Source of the DNA: a bacterium
GTDB taxonomy: Bacteria; Zhuqueibacterota; Zhuqueibacteria; Residuimicrobiales; Residuimicrobiaceae
DNA: 64,000 nt
NCBI GenBank assembly: GCA_035388125.1
Contig: DAOOPF010000002.1
Coordinates: forward strand, 4,711 to 68,710
Direction of reading: 5' to 3'
Both the position numbers and the translations under genes were made by a program. Below, piece by piece: positions 36,607 to 46,371 of this stretch. How positions within the stretch are numbered: position 1 is the stretch's first letter; the number at the start of each line of letters is the position of its first letter. Under the pieces are notes generated by a model, which worked only from the letters and a program-made list of their open reading frames with translations, ran no database searches and was not told the origin of the DNA.

Positions 36607-36939
36607 GGGTTCCTCCTCAAAAAAAGTTGGCGCGTTTTATCACTAAAGTTATATAATAAAAAAATATATATCAAGATAATTGTAGTAGTAGGTAGCGTGG
36701 ATAAGTGGATAAGAGTGTTTTTGAACGAGCCGGGGTTATCCTTTTCCAGCTTGTAAATATGAAGTAAGCGCTGACAGCCCGGAACTCAGGTTATGAACAT
36801 GGCGGTGTGGACAGAAAGATGAAAAGCGCCAATTTTTCCACTTTTCAGATGGATGGAAAAAGGGTCTGTGGAAAAGGAACTGGTTGTCAACATTCCTCAG
36901 CGGCTTGTCCACAGGGGTTCAACAATTTATCCACAGACC
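36607..36939. other. oriC segment II (dnaA-dnaN spacer): AT-rich tract, TAG trinucleotide repeats and a DnaA-box cluster
   Basis: AT-rich tract at 36636-36682. TAG TAG TAG g TAG at 36683-36695. Tandem cGTGGATAA/aGTGGATAA at 36696-36712. Perfect TTATCCACA at 36927-36935. One-mismatch boxes at 36867-36875 (TGTGGAAAA) and 36905-36913 (TTGTCCACA). A two-mismatch box at 36806-36814. Confidence 0.75.
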
Positions 36940-38292
36940 TCACAGCTGCGATATTTCGATACGGTTCTTGATCGCCTCGACATTTTCCCTGTACTTGCCG
37001 TCTGATTCCATTAACTCCTCGGTGCAGTTGATCGAATGGATGACAGTGGAATGGTCACGGCCGCCGAAATGAAGACCGATGGTCTTGAGAGAGCTGTCCG
37101 TCAGCGACTTGCAAAGATACATGCAGATCTGCCGGGCCTGGGCGATCTCTTTCTTGCGGGTTTTGGAGCGCAGGAGATCATCGGGAAAGGAAAAATGCTC
37201 GGCTGTCACTTTTTGAATATATTCAATGCTGATCGCTTTGGTCTTGCTGATGCAGACATCACGCAAAACCTTTTTGGCAACCTCCAGGGTGATATCAATA
37301 CCGTTCAGAGAGGCAAACGCAAGCAGACGGATCATCGCCCCCTCCAGTTCCCTGATATTGGAGGTGATATGGGTGGCGATGAAATGAAAAATTTCCGGAG
37401 GCAGGTCGATGGAACTCTCTTCAGCTTTTTTTTGAAGGATCGCCTGGCGGGTCTCCAGATCGGGGGCCTGAATGTCGACCACCAGTCCCCACTGAAAACG
37501 GGATTTAAGGCGCTCCTCCATGCCCTGCAGCTCTTTCGGAGGACGATCGGAAGAGAGGATGATCTGTTTGCCTTTTTGATGCAGAGCATTAAAAGTGTGA
37601 AAAAACTCGTCCTGGGTGCGCTCCTTGTTGCCGAAGAACTGGATATCGTCAATCATCAGGATATCCACATTCCGGTACAGACCGCTGAACTCCGTGGTCT
37701 TGTTTTTCTGGATGGAATTGATGAAATCAGCGGTGAAGCGCTCGCTGTCAACATAGAGGACGCGAATGGATTTATTCTGTTCCTTGGCATAATTGCCGAT
37801 TGCCTGAATGAGATGAGTTTTACCCAGACCCACACCTCCATAGACGACGAGCGGGTTGAAGGTGGTGGAACCCGGCGATTTGGCTACCGCCAGCGCAGCC
37901 GCTTTGGCGAACTTGTTGCACTCACCCTCGACATAGCTGTCAAAGCAGTATCGGATATTCAGATTGTCCGCCAGGCGACTGGCTGCCGGTGGGGGAGGTT
38001 TGACCGGGGCAGGTGGTATTAAATCGGCGGGCAGGGGTACATCCATCCTGATCGAATAGGCCAGCTTGAAGCCGTTGCCCATAACCTGCCCGAGGGCGCG
38101 ATTCATCATCGCTCCGTACTGCTGCTCAATCCACTCATAGGAGAATTGATTGGGGACCTGAATGGTCAAGGCCTTGTCATCCAGTTTAATGGGCTGAATC
38201 GGCTTGAACCAGGTGAGCAGGGTATTGGGATGAACCTCGGTTTTTAGAATATCCAATACCTTGTCCCAAACATCATGATGATTCTGATACAT
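36940..38292 (-). CDS. dnaA: Chromosomal replication initiator DnaA
   Basis: GGVGLGKTHLIQAIGN, LMIDDIQFF, HFGGRDHSTVIHS. I chose the ATG at 38292 (MYQNHHDVWDKVL), which has AGGAG 5 nt upstream. The track ORF extends to 38340. Confidence 0.95.
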   Translation of the reverse strand: MYQNHHDVWDKVLDILKTEVHPNTLLTWFKPIQPIKLDDKALTIQVPNQFSYEWIEQQYGAMMNRALGQVMGNGFKLAYSIRMDVPLPADLIPPAPVKPPPPAASRLADNLNIRYCFDSYVEGECNKFAKAAALAVAKSPGSTTFNPLVVYGGVGLGKTHLIQAIGNYAKEQNKSIRVLYVDSERFTADFINSIQKNKTTEFSGLYRNVDILMIDDIQFFGNKERTQDEFFHTFNALHQKGKQIILSSDRPPKELQGMEERLKSRFQWGLVVDIQAPDLETRQAILQKKAEESSIDLPPEIFHFIATHITSNIRELEGAMIRLLAFASLNGIDITLEVAKKVLRDVCISKTKAISIEYIQKVTAEHFSFPDDLLRSKTRKKEIAQARQICMYLCKSLTDSSLKTIGLHFGGRDHSTVIHSINCTEELMESDGKYRENVEAIKNRIEISQL

Positions 38293-38340
38293 TACTGCTC
38301 CTGTCGAAATAGAGGGGAAAGATGTCAAGATATTGCCCAT

Positions 38341-38793
38341 ACCTCTCCGTCACAACCAATCAATAGGATAAATGAAAGTTATCCACAACAAAGGCACGGT
38401 TATCCACATCCGCGAGTGGACTATTATTGCCAATATCAATAATAAATATAATGATTTGGATTAATTGCGGACGACAGTTTGTGAACAACCGGCGGGAAAA
38501 CAGGTTTCATGCTGCCAATCGGATTGATGCACGCAAAAGTTATCCACATTTTGTTATCCACATCGTTCCGCCATTAAATGTCCGTAAAAGCGCGCTGATA
38601 TGCAATAACAAAATTTCCTTTTTTTGGCGAAGAGCGGAGCCAATATCCTGCGCCGTTCTCTTAAGAGCTGCTGCCGAAATGCGAGAGCAACATGGAGGTG
38701 AAGAGTGCGTGCGGGAAAATTAATGCTTGATTTTTTAGGAAATTATTCGTAATTATATGAGCTAATATCTATTTATCAAAGGAGAATACCAGA
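38341..38793. other. oriC segment I (rpmH-dnaA spacer): four perfect, co-oriented DnaA boxes flanking an AT-rich tract
   Basis: TTATCCACA at 38379-38387, 38400-38408, 38540-38548 and 38554-38562, all on the plus strand. AT-rich tract at 38421-38470 (ctattattgccaatatcaataataaatataatgatttggattaatt). Confidence 0.75.
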
Positions 38794-38937
38794 ATGCAAC
38801 CGACTTTCCAGCCCAGTAAAAGGAAACGGGTCAACAAACACGGCTTTCGCGCCAGAATGGCCACCAAAAACGGCCGCACTGTGCTCGCCAGAAGAAGAGC
38901 CAAGGGACGTAAAAAACTCACTGTCAGCGACGAGTAA
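38794..38937 (+). CDS. rpmH: 50S ribosomal protein L34 (below the ORF-track size cutoff)
   Basis: My own translation gives [54 protein letters not shown] lies 8 nt upstream. It is followed by rnpA. Confidence 0.9.
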   Translation: MQPTFQPSKRKRVNKHGFRARMATKNGRTVLARRRAKGRKKLTVSDE

Positions 38938-38948
38938 GCCGGTGCTCA

Positions 38949-39305
38949 TTGAATAATTTCCGATTGGAAAAATCTTCTCTGATCAAAAATAGCGCGGAGT
39001 TCTCCAGTGTCATCAAAAGTGGCTCCGCCTACAAAGGCAGTTACTTCACCCTATTCGTCGCCAACGAGGACAAGCTCAGGATCGGCTTCTCCGTAAAAAG
39101 AGGGATGAAATCTGTCGATCGAAACAGATTGAAACGTCGAACACGGGAATTGTGGCGGGTCTGTAAAGGAGATTTCGATCTGACGGGAAATTTGATCGTC
39201 ATCGCTCGCGAGCAGGCCCTGTCCGCTCCATTCAAACTCCTGGAACGGGATTTTAGAACCCTTCTCGAACAGATCTCTCATCGCGAAATCCAGGTCAGGC
39301 CCTGA
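38949..39305 (+). CDS. rnpA: Ribonuclease P protein component
   Basis: L.K..EF..V...G......yF.lfv, then GFSVKRGMKSVDRNRLKRRTRELWR (RNR motif). It has a TTG start and lies downstream of rpmH. Confidence 0.85.
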   Translation: MNNFRLEKSSLIKNSAEFSSVIKSGSAYKGSYFTLFVANEDKLRIGFSVKRGMKSVDRNRLKRRTRELWRVCKGDFDLTGNLIVIAREQALSAPFKLLERDFRTLLEQISHREIQVRP

Positions 39306-39328
39306 AAGGCCCCGCACTCATTGTCCTG

Positions 39329-39577
39329 TTGCCGGCACGGAAATTGTACGCTATTGTGAAAACCAATCCTGCAAAAGAGCTTGTGCTCCTGCTGATCAGG
39401 TTCTACAAGAAGGCGATTTCTCCGCTGTTGCCGCCCTCCTGCCGTTACCACCCGACCTGTTCCACCTATGCCCAGCAAGCCATTGAAAAATACGGACTCT
39501 TCAAAGGAGGGGGCAAGGCGGTTATTCGTGTACTCAAATGTAATCCGTTTTTTCCCGGCGGAAATGACCCTGTATAG
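39329..39577 (+). CDS. yidD: Membrane protein insertion efficiency factor YidD; start uncertain
   Basis: LIRFYKKAISPLLPPSCRYHPTCSTYAQQAIEKYGLFKGGGKAVIRVLKCNPFFPGGNDPV. Confidence 0.85.
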   Translation: MPARKLYAIVKTNPAKELVLLLIRFYKKAISPLLPPSCRYHPTCSTYAQQAIEKYGLFKGGGKAVIRVLKCNPFFPGGNDPV

Positions 39578-39586
39578 GAATACATT

Positions 39587-41323
39587 ATGAATCTGGATAA
39601 GAAGACCATCATCGCCTTCTTGCTCATCGGCCTGGTTTTCCTCTTCGTGCAGAGCCCGGTCTATCAGAAGCTTTTCTTTCCCGAGAGCTACAAAAGGCAG
39701 ATCGAAGCCCGCCAGATCAGGGGCGTTACGCCCGACTCGCTGGACGAAAGACAGAGCCAATCTCCGCCCATGCAGGAGGAGATCGCCTCCGTACCTGCCG
39801 ATTCACTCCAGGTGAAAGAAAGAGTGGAGTCCGAGATTCCGGAGCGGTTTATCACCGTGGACTCCGATCTCTATACTGCGCGCTTTTCCACACGCGGCGG
39901 CACCCTGGTGAGTTGGACACTCAAGCAGTACAAGAAGAGCGGTGATGAGCTGGTCTCCATGCTTCCGCCGCAGAGCGCGGGCAGCCTTGGCCTTGAGTTT
40001 TATACGCGCGATGAAGATACCCTCAATACCGCCGGCTATGCTTTCTCCTCTGAGGCCGGGGATACCATCAATCTCGCCGAAGGCGACGGCACCCTCCGCT
40101 TCACCCGTCAATTCGACGGGGAGCGCCGCATCAGCAAAATTTTCACCTTCAAAAACGGACGCTACGATTTCAACCTCGAGGTTGCGCTTGAAAACATGGG
40201 CTCCCTGGTGGCCGACAAATCCTACCAGATCGCCCTGCCCAACGGCCTCGAATCCACCGAGGAGCGCCTCGGTGAAGATATGTATTACGCCAAGGCTGCT
40301 ATCGCCGCGGCCGGCCGCGTCAACAAGATCGGCAAGACCAAGGGCGTGCTTGAAAAAGAGAGCGGCAGCATCGACTGGGTGGCCGTGCGCACCAAGTATT
40401 TCACTTATGCGGTGATGCCGCAGACGGCCAAGGCGGAATACGCCACCATCCTCGGCAAAGAGTTCGCCATAAGCGGGTACGCCAAGGAAAAGTGGAAAAA
40501 ATTCGCCGTCACCCTCGGCATGCCTCTTACCCGCGAAAACCATCGCGACCGCTTTACCATCTTCATCGGCCCGATGAAAGATGAACTGCTCAAATCCTAC
40601 GATGTCGGTCTCGAGAAACTGATGGATCTGGGGGCGAAAATTATCCAACCCTTCAGCGTCGCCATCCTCTGGACCTTCAAAAAGCTCCATACCCTGATCC
40701 CCAACTACGGTATCGTACTGATCATTTTCGCCCTGCTGATCAAAATCATCACCGCGCCGCTCACCCAGAAGAGCACCAAGTCGATGAAAAAGATGCAGGC
40801 CATGGCACCGCGAATGAACGAGCTCAAGGAAAAATACGCCAAGGATCCGCAAAAGCTCAATGAAGAGACCATGAAGATTTACAAGGAAGAGGGCATCAAT
40901 CCCATGGGCGGCTGCCTGCCCATCCTCGTGCAAATGCCTCTCCTTTGGGCGCTCTATATCGTCTTCCGCAGCACCATCTCGCTGCGTCAGGAGGGTTTTT
41001 TCTGGTGGATCAAGGATCTCTCCGGGCCCGATACGATTTTCACCCTCCCCTTCAGCCTGCCGATGTACGGCAACAGCGTCAACGTCCTCCCCATCCTGAT
41101 GGGGCTCACGATGATCTTGCAGCAAAAGATGTCGATCACCGACCCGAAGCAGAAGGCAATGGTCTATATCATGCCCATCTTCATGACCCTGCTCTTCAAC
41201 AGCTTTCCGAGCGGACTTAACCTCTATTATACACTCTTCAATATTATCTCCATTGTCCACCAGAAATACTTCATGGGCCTGGAGGAACCGGTCCCGGCCG
41301 TCGTCAAGAGCAAGAGAAAATAG
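39587..41323 (+). CDS. yidC: Membrane protein insertase YidC
   Basis: An N-terminal TM helix plus a large periplasmic domain, then the conserved core GCLPILVQMPLLWALY. 578 aa. Confidence 0.9.
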   Translation: MNLDKKTIIAFLLIGLVFLFVQSPVYQKLFFPESYKRQIEARQIRGVTPDSLDERQSQSPPMQEEIASVPADSLQVKERVESEIPERFITVDSDLYTARFSTRGGTLVSWTLKQYKKSGDELVSMLPPQSAGSLGLEFYTRDEDTLNTAGYAFSSEAGDTINLAEGDGTLRFTRQFDGERRISKIFTFKNGRYDFNLEVALENMGSLVADKSYQIALPNGLESTEERLGEDMYYAKAAIAAAGRVNKIGKTKGVLEKESGSIDWVAVRTKYFTYAVMPQTAKAEYATILGKEFAISGYAKEKWKKFAVTLGMPLTRENHRDRFTIFIGPMKDELLKSYDVGLEKLMDLGAKIIQPFSVAILWTFKKLHTLIPNYGIVLIIFALLIKIITAPLTQKSTKSMKKMQAMAPRMNELKEKYAKDPQKLNEETMKIYKEEGINPMGGCLPILVQMPLLWALYIVFRSTISLRQEGFFWWIKDLSGPDTIFTLPFSLPMYGNSVNVLPILMGLTMILQQKMSITDPKQKAMVYIMPIFMTLLFNSFPSGLNLYYTLFNIISIVHQKYFMGLEEPVPAVVKSKRK

Positions 41324-41351
41324 GCGTGTTCTGCTGCCTAATTATGCTAGG

Positions 41352-41385
41352 ATGCCTCACTTTTCGAAGTGGGGCATTGTTTTTT
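41352..41385 (+). terminator. Intrinsic terminator after yidC
   Basis: Stem ATGCCTCAC (41352-41360) pairs with GTGGGGCAT (41369-41377) including one G-U pair. The loop is 8 nt and the stem is followed by TGTTTTTT. Confidence 0.6.
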
Positions 41386-41396
41386 AGGGTATACCG

Positions 41397-42800
41397 ATGA
41401 GTCCCGATTTTGAAAGTGACACCATTGCCGCACTGGCCACTCCGCCCGGCCCCGGCGCCCTTGCGATCATTCGCGTAAGCGGGGAGAAGGCGCTTACCCT
41501 CTGTGCCGCTCTCTTTTCCGGCAAGCGCAGGATCGGCCTCACCCGGGCTGACCGTTATCATGGGCGCATGGTGGATCCCGATGGCAGCGATGCCGCTGAC
41601 GGGAAGACCATCGATGAGGTGATCCTGCATACCTACGTAGCACCGCGCTCCTTCACCGGCGAGAATATGGTCGAGATCAACTGCCACGGCGGCCTGCTGG
41701 TGGTAGAGCGCCTCCTCGACCTCCTTTTGCGTCATGGGGCGAGACTTGCCGCACCCGGCGAGTTCAGCAAGCGCGCCTTTCTCAACGGCAAGCTGGATCT
41801 TGTCCAGGCGGAAGCCATTGCGGACATCATCACCGCGCACAGCTCGCGGGGCCTGGCGCTTTCCCTGGCCCATCTATATGGCGATATGTCATTGAAAATA
41901 AAAGAAATAAGTAATTTTTTGCGTGAAAGCTGCGCCCTGCTCGAACTGGAGCTCGATTTCAGTGAAGAGGTGCAACTGGCCGACCGTACTCAGCTGGAGC
42001 TGCGGCTGGATGCTGCTGCGGAGCTGCTCCGCAGCGTTCTTGCCGGATATCACTATGGTCAGCTGCTGCGCGAAGGGGCGCGGGTAGTACTTGCCGGCAA
42101 GGTGAACGTCGGCAAATCCACGCTGATGAACCGCCTGCTCCAGCACGACCGCGCCATTGTCTCCAGCCTGCCCGGCACGACCAGGGATACCCTTGAAGAG
42201 GGACTCAAGCTGTCGGGATACCTCTTCCGCCTCACCGATACCGCCGGCATTCGCGCTGCCGCCGACGAGATCGAGCGCGAGGGGGTGGCCAGAACCATGG
42301 CTGCCATCGCCTCCGCCGATCTGCTGCTTCTGCTTTTCGATGCCAGCGCGCCCCTGGATGAGCAGGACCGGGAGATCATCGAACTCGGCCGGGGACGTGC
42401 TGAAGGCACAACGCTCTATCTCTTCAACAAAAGCGATCTGCTCCCGCAGCCGTCGCGTTTCAACCCGCCCCCGCTCGCTCCCGCCGGCGCTCTTCTCGCG
42501 CTTTCCGGACGCACCGGGGAGGGGCTAGAGGAGCTGAAGGGTCGCATGATCGCCTGCGTCGAAAGAGAAAAGCCGGAGGGCGAGGGGGTGACGATCACGC
42601 GTCTGCGCCATCACGACGCCCTGCGCCGCGCCGAGTTCCATCTCCAGCAGGCGCGGCAGAGTCTGGCGGAAGGGCGCTCCGGAGAATTCATCGCTCTGGA
42701 CCTGCGCATGGCGCTGGATGCCGCGGGCGAGTTGACCGGACAGGTCCGCAGCGCCGACCTGCTCGACGATATATTTTCCACCTTTTGCATAGGCAAATAG
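41397..42800 (+). CDS. mnmE: tRNA modification GTPase MnmE
   Basis: TIAALATPPGPGALAIIRVSG, the G1 motif GKVNVGKSTLMNRL, DTAGIR, and the C-terminal CIGK. Confidence 0.9.
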   Translation: MSPDFESDTIAALATPPGPGALAIIRVSGEKALTLCAALFSGKRRIGLTRADRYHGRMVDPDGSDAADGKTIDEVILHTYVAPRSFTGENMVEINCHGGLLVVERLLDLLLRHGARLAAPGEFSKRAFLNGKLDLVQAEAIADIITAHSSRGLALSLAHLYGDMSLKIKEISNFLRESCALLELELDFSEEVQLADRTQLELRLDAAAELLRSVLAGYHYGQLLREGARVVLAGKVNVGKSTLMNRLLQHDRAIVSSLPGTTRDTLEEGLKLSGYLFRLTDTAGIRAAADEIEREGVARTMAAIASADLLLLLFDASAPLDEQDREIIELGRGRAEGTTLYLFNKSDLLPQPSRFNPPPLAPAGALLALSGRTGEGLEELKGRMIACVEREKPEGEGVTITRLRHHDALRRAEFHLQQARQSLAEGRSGEFIALDLRMALDAAGELTGQVRSADLLDDIFSTFCIGK

Positions 42801-42851
42801 AATGTTTCACGTGGAACACCCCGAGAGCATCTGCTGCGGGGGAGGGGCGCG

Positions 42852-44795
42852 ATGACCTCCTCCAGCGCAGAGTATGACCTCCTGGTTGTGGGCGGCGGCC
42901 ACGCCGGCTGTGAGGCCGCACTGGCGGCCGCGCGTATGGGCGCCTCCACCCTGCTCATCACCCAGAATATCTTCAGTCTGGCGCAGATGTCCTGCAATCC
43001 CGCCATCGGGGGGCTGGCCAAAGGCCATCTGGTCAAGGAGATCGACGCTCTCGGAGGCGCCATGGGGGTGGTGGCGGATGAGACCGCCCTCCAGTTCCGC
43101 ATGTTAAACCGCTCCAAGGGTCCCGCCGTCTGGTCTCCCCGCACCCAGAATGACCGCAGCCAATATGCCCGGCGTATGCGCCGCATGCTCGAAGAGCAGG
43201 AGCATCTTTCCCTGCGCCAGCAGACCGTGACGGCGCTGCTCATCGATAACGGGCAGGTCAGAGGCGTGATGACCGATGCCGGCCATGCCATCCGGGCCGG
43301 AGCGGTGGTGCTTTGCGCCGGCACTTTTCTCAACGGCCTCATTCACGTCGGCATGAGCCACTACGCCGGCGGGCGCAGCGGCGAACCGGCGGCCTTCGGC
43401 ATCGCCGAACAGCTTGCAGAGTACGGCCTGCTCAGCGGGCGGCTCAAGACCGGCACGCCCCCGCGCATCGACGGCCGCACCGTCGACTTTACGCGCATGG
43501 AGGAGCAGCCCGGAGATGCGGAGATCGTCCCCTTCTCCTTCCGCCATCAGCATATAGAAATCGAGCAGCTCGCCTGCTATCTCACCCGCTCCAGCGCGAG
43601 GACCCATGATATCCTCCGTTCCGGCCTCGATCGCTCCCCCCTCTATCAGGGGGTGATCAAGGGGGTTGGCCCGCGCTACTGCCCCTCCATAGAAGACAAG
43701 ATTCACCGCTTCGCCGACAAGGAGAGCCATCAGCTCTTCCTTGAACCCGAGGGCAGGGAGAGCTGTGAATACTATCTCAACGGCTTCGCCACCAGCCTGC
43801 CGGAAGATATCCAGATGGCCGCCGTCCACTCCATTCCGGGTCTGGAGAGGGCCCATGTGACCCGGCTGGGCTACGCCATCGAATACGACTATTTCCACCC
43901 CACCCAGCTCCGCCACAATCTGGAAACCCGCGCGTTGGGGCGGCTCTTTTTTGCCGGACAGATTAACGGGACCTCGGGTTATGAAGAGGCGGCTGCCCAG
44001 GGGCTGATGGCCGGCATCAACGCCGTGCGCGCCCTGCGCGGCGAGGAGCCGTTCATTCTTTCGCGCCAGGAATCCTACATCGGCGTCCTCATCGACGATC
44101 TCGTCACCAAGGAGCTGACCGAACCCTATCGCATGTTCACCTCCCTGGCGGAGAACCGGCTTCATCTCAGGCAGGACAATGCCGACCTGCGCCTGATGGC
44201 CTACGGCCACCAGCTCGGCCTCATCGATGAGGCCTCTTTTGCCGCTCTGGAGCGGCTCAGAAGCGCTGTGGGTGAAGCCCATGGACGGCTCGAAAAAGTT
44301 AGTCCGGATCCGGAGCTGATTAATCCCGTGCTCGTGCGTGCGGGCATGCCGCCGCTCTTGCACCGGGAGAGCGCCGCCCGCCTGCTCAAACGCCCCGAGC
44401 TGCACCTGGCCGATCTGGGCGGCGCCAGCGATGACCCCCTTTTCGCGGAGAAAATGGATCCCTTCTGGCGCCGTGTGGGTGAGCAGGTGGAAATCGAGAT
44501 CAAATATGCCGGTTTTCTCCACCGCCAGCAGGAGCACATCCGGCGCATGGCCGGGCTCGAGGAGGCCCTCATCCCCGCCGGGATCGACTATAACGCCGTT
44601 CCCTCGCTCTCAAGGGAGAGCCGGGAAAAGCTGGCGCGCATACAGCCGCGTACCCTGGGGCAGGCCTCACGGATTCTCGGCGTCGGACCGGAGGATGTGG
44701 CGGTGATCATGATCTATCTGGCGCGCCAGCGCCGCCGCGGCGCTGTTCCACGTGGAACCCATGCGGAGAGGGAGGAAAGTGGATCCGGCGAATAA
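42852..44795 (+). CDS. mnmG: tRNA uridine 5-carboxymethylaminomethyl modification enzyme MnmG
   Basis: YDLLVVGGGHAGCEAALAAARMG, SCNPAIGGLAKGHLVKEIDALGG, GPRYCPSIEDK. 647 aa. Confidence 0.95.
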   Translation: MTSSSAEYDLLVVGGGHAGCEAALAAARMGASTLLITQNIFSLAQMSCNPAIGGLAKGHLVKEIDALGGAMGVVADETALQFRMLNRSKGPAVWSPRTQNDRSQYARRMRRMLEEQEHLSLRQQTVTALLIDNGQVRGVMTDAGHAIRAGAVVLCAGTFLNGLIHVGMSHYAGGRSGEPAAFGIAEQLAEYGLLSGRLKTGTPPRIDGRTVDFTRMEEQPGDAEIVPFSFRHQHIEIEQLACYLTRSSARTHDILRSGLDRSPLYQGVIKGVGPRYCPSIEDKIHRFADKESHQLFLEPEGRESCEYYLNGFATSLPEDIQMAAVHSIPGLERAHVTRLGYAIEYDYFHPTQLRHNLETRALGRLFFAGQINGTSGYEEAAAQGLMAGINAVRALRGEEPFILSRQESYIGVLIDDLVTKELTEPYRMFTSLAENRLHLRQDNADLRLMAYGHQLGLIDEASFAALERLRSAVGEAHGRLEKVSPDPELINPVLVRAGMPPLLHRESAARLLKRPELHLADLGGASDDPLFAEKMDPFWRRVGEQVEIEIKYAGFLHRQQEHIRRMAGLEEALIPAGIDYNAVPSLSRESREKLARIQPRTLGQASRILGVGPEDVAVIMIYLARQRRRGAVPRGTHAEREESGSGE

Positions 44796-45408
44796 AAATG
44801 CTTTGTTGGCGCTCGCAAATGATGTAAATTTGCGGGCACCGCAATGGGAGGAGATCAGCCGCTACGTTGAGCTGATCGAAAACTGGAACCAGCGCACCAA
44901 CCTGGTCTCCCGTCAGGATATCGGCCGCATCGTCTCCCGCCATGTGCGCGAGTCGCTCTGGTTCATCCGCCCGGAGGTTCTGGGCGACGCCCTGCGCGTC
45001 CTGGATCTGGGCAGCGGGGCGGGTTTTCCGGGGGTACCGATGAAAATCAGCGAGCCTCGCCTGCAGCTCACCCTGCTCGATTCGCGTCAGATGAAGGCCC
45101 TTTTTCTCGCCGAGGTGATCAGCCAGTTCGGCTGGCAGAATGCGCAGGCCCTGTGCGAGCGCGCCGAGAATCTGCCGGAGCGCTTTCCCGGCCTGACCTG
45201 CGATCTGGTCGTCTGCCGGGCAGTCGCCAAGCTGCCCGATCTCTGGCGTTGGGCCTCGCCCCTGCTCAGGCCGGGCGGTCGCCTGGCCGCTCTCAAGGGG
45301 GGCGATCTGAGCGCGGAGCTGCACCAGTTCGGTAAACGCTATCCTGCGTTGCGATGGCTGCTTGTGCCGATGCCGGAGCTCCCGGATGATCCCGCAGCCG
45401 GCCGGTAA
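44752..45408 (+). CDS. rsmG: 16S rRNA (guanine527-N7)-methyltransferase RsmG; start uncertain
   Basis: WNQRTNLVS, VLDLGSGAGFPGVPMKI, VVCRAVA. The longest ORF overlaps mnmG by 44 nt. A GTG at 44779 after GGGAGGAAA is an alternative start. Confidence 0.85.
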   Translation: MEPMRRGRKVDPANKNALLALANDVNLRAPQWEEISRYVELIENWNQRTNLVSRQDIGRIVSRHVRESLWFIRPEVLGDALRVLDLGSGAGFPGVPMKISEPRLQLTLLDSRQMKALFLAEVISQFGWQNAQALCERAENLPERFPGLTCDLVVCRAVAKLPDLWRWASPLLRPGGRLAALKGGDLSAELHQFGKRYPALRWLLVPMPELPDDPAAGR

Positions 45409-45453
45409 ATGGTCATTGTCCAGACAGTATGATAACTGAAACAGGAGGAACCC

Positions 45454-46371
45454 TTGTCCAAGGCGGTTTTTGAAGAGATTAAGAACCTCACCACCGAAGC
45501 GCGCAATCCGGCCACCCTCCGGATAGACAAGCAGTCGGTCTCCGAAATCCTCCATCTGATCAATGATGAGGATCTCAAGATTGCCGCGGTCGTGCGCACT
45601 GAAATCAGCTATATCGAAAAAGCGGTTAAAATTGTCGTCCAGGCTTTCAAGGAGGGCGGCCGGCTCATTTACGTCGGCGCGGGCACAAGCGGCCGGCTGG
45701 GTGTTCTTGATGCCTCCGAATGTCCGCCCACTTTCGGGGTGAGCCCCGAACTGGTCCAGGGCATCATCGCCGGCGGCTTCAAGGCCCTCGTCAGCGCCCA
45801 GGAAGGGGCAGAAGACCGCTATGCGAAAGGAGCGGAGGAGATCCTCGCCCTCCACATCACCCCCAAGGATGTGGTCTGCGGCATCGCGGCGAGCCGCCGC
45901 ACCCCCTATGTCATAGGCGCCATCGACAAGGCGCGCGAGGTCGGCTGTAAAACCCTCTACGTCACCTGCACTCCCCGCAAGGAGATGAAAATCAAGGTCG
46001 ACGTCGCCATCTGCCCCGTCGTCGGGCCGGAGGTGGTCATGGGCTCCACCCGCATGAAGGCGGGTACTGCGACCAAAATGATTCTGAACATGATCACGAC
46101 CACCGCGATGATCCAGCTGGGCAAGGTCTGGGAGAATATGATGGTGGACTTGCAGATGACCTCCCAAAAGCTCGTCGAGCGCTCCAAGAAGATTGTCATG
46201 CAGGCGACCGGCGTGGATTACGAGAGCGCGGAAAAGGCGCTCAAACAGGCGGACGGCCATGTCAAGACCGCCCTGGTGATGATCAAAACCGGCGTGACGC
46301 CTGCAGAGGCGCACGATCTGCTCAAAAAGGGGGAAGGCTTTGTCCACCGCGCCATCGCCCTGCATCGCTGA
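45454..46371 (+). CDS. murQ: N-acetylmuramic acid 6-phosphate etherase
   Basis: LTTEARNP, GAGTSGRLGVLDASECPPTFG, GSTRMKAGTATKMILNMI. The TTG start has AGGAGG 5 nt upstream. Confidence 0.85.
   Translation: MSKAVFEEIKNLTTEARNPATLRIDKQSVSEILHLINDEDLKIAAVVRTEISYIEKAVKIVVQAFKEGGRLIYVGAGTSGRLGVLDASECPPTFGVSPELVQGIIAGGFKALVSAQEGAEDRYAKGAEEILALHITPKDVVCGIAASRRTPYVIGAIDKAREVGCKTLYVTCTPRKEMKIKVDVAICPVVGPEVVMGSTRMKAGTATKMILNMITTTAMIQLGKVWENMMVDLQMTSQKLVERSKKIVMQATGVDYESAEKALKQADGHVKTALVMIKTGVTPAEAHDLLKKGEGFVHRAIALHR

Noticed and set aside
38427-38723. 98-aa plus-strand ORF inside the rpmH-dnaA spacer
   Set aside because: It lies across DnaA boxes and the AT-rich tract of the origin. It has no ribosome-binding site, and its composition is not protein-like.
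39803-41260. 485-aa minus-strand ORF opposite yidC, and similar antisense ORFs at 43104-44537, 29909-31231, 10078-11184, 991-2013 and 201-851
   Set aside because: Each lies antisense to a gene with strong family motifs. None has motifs of its own.
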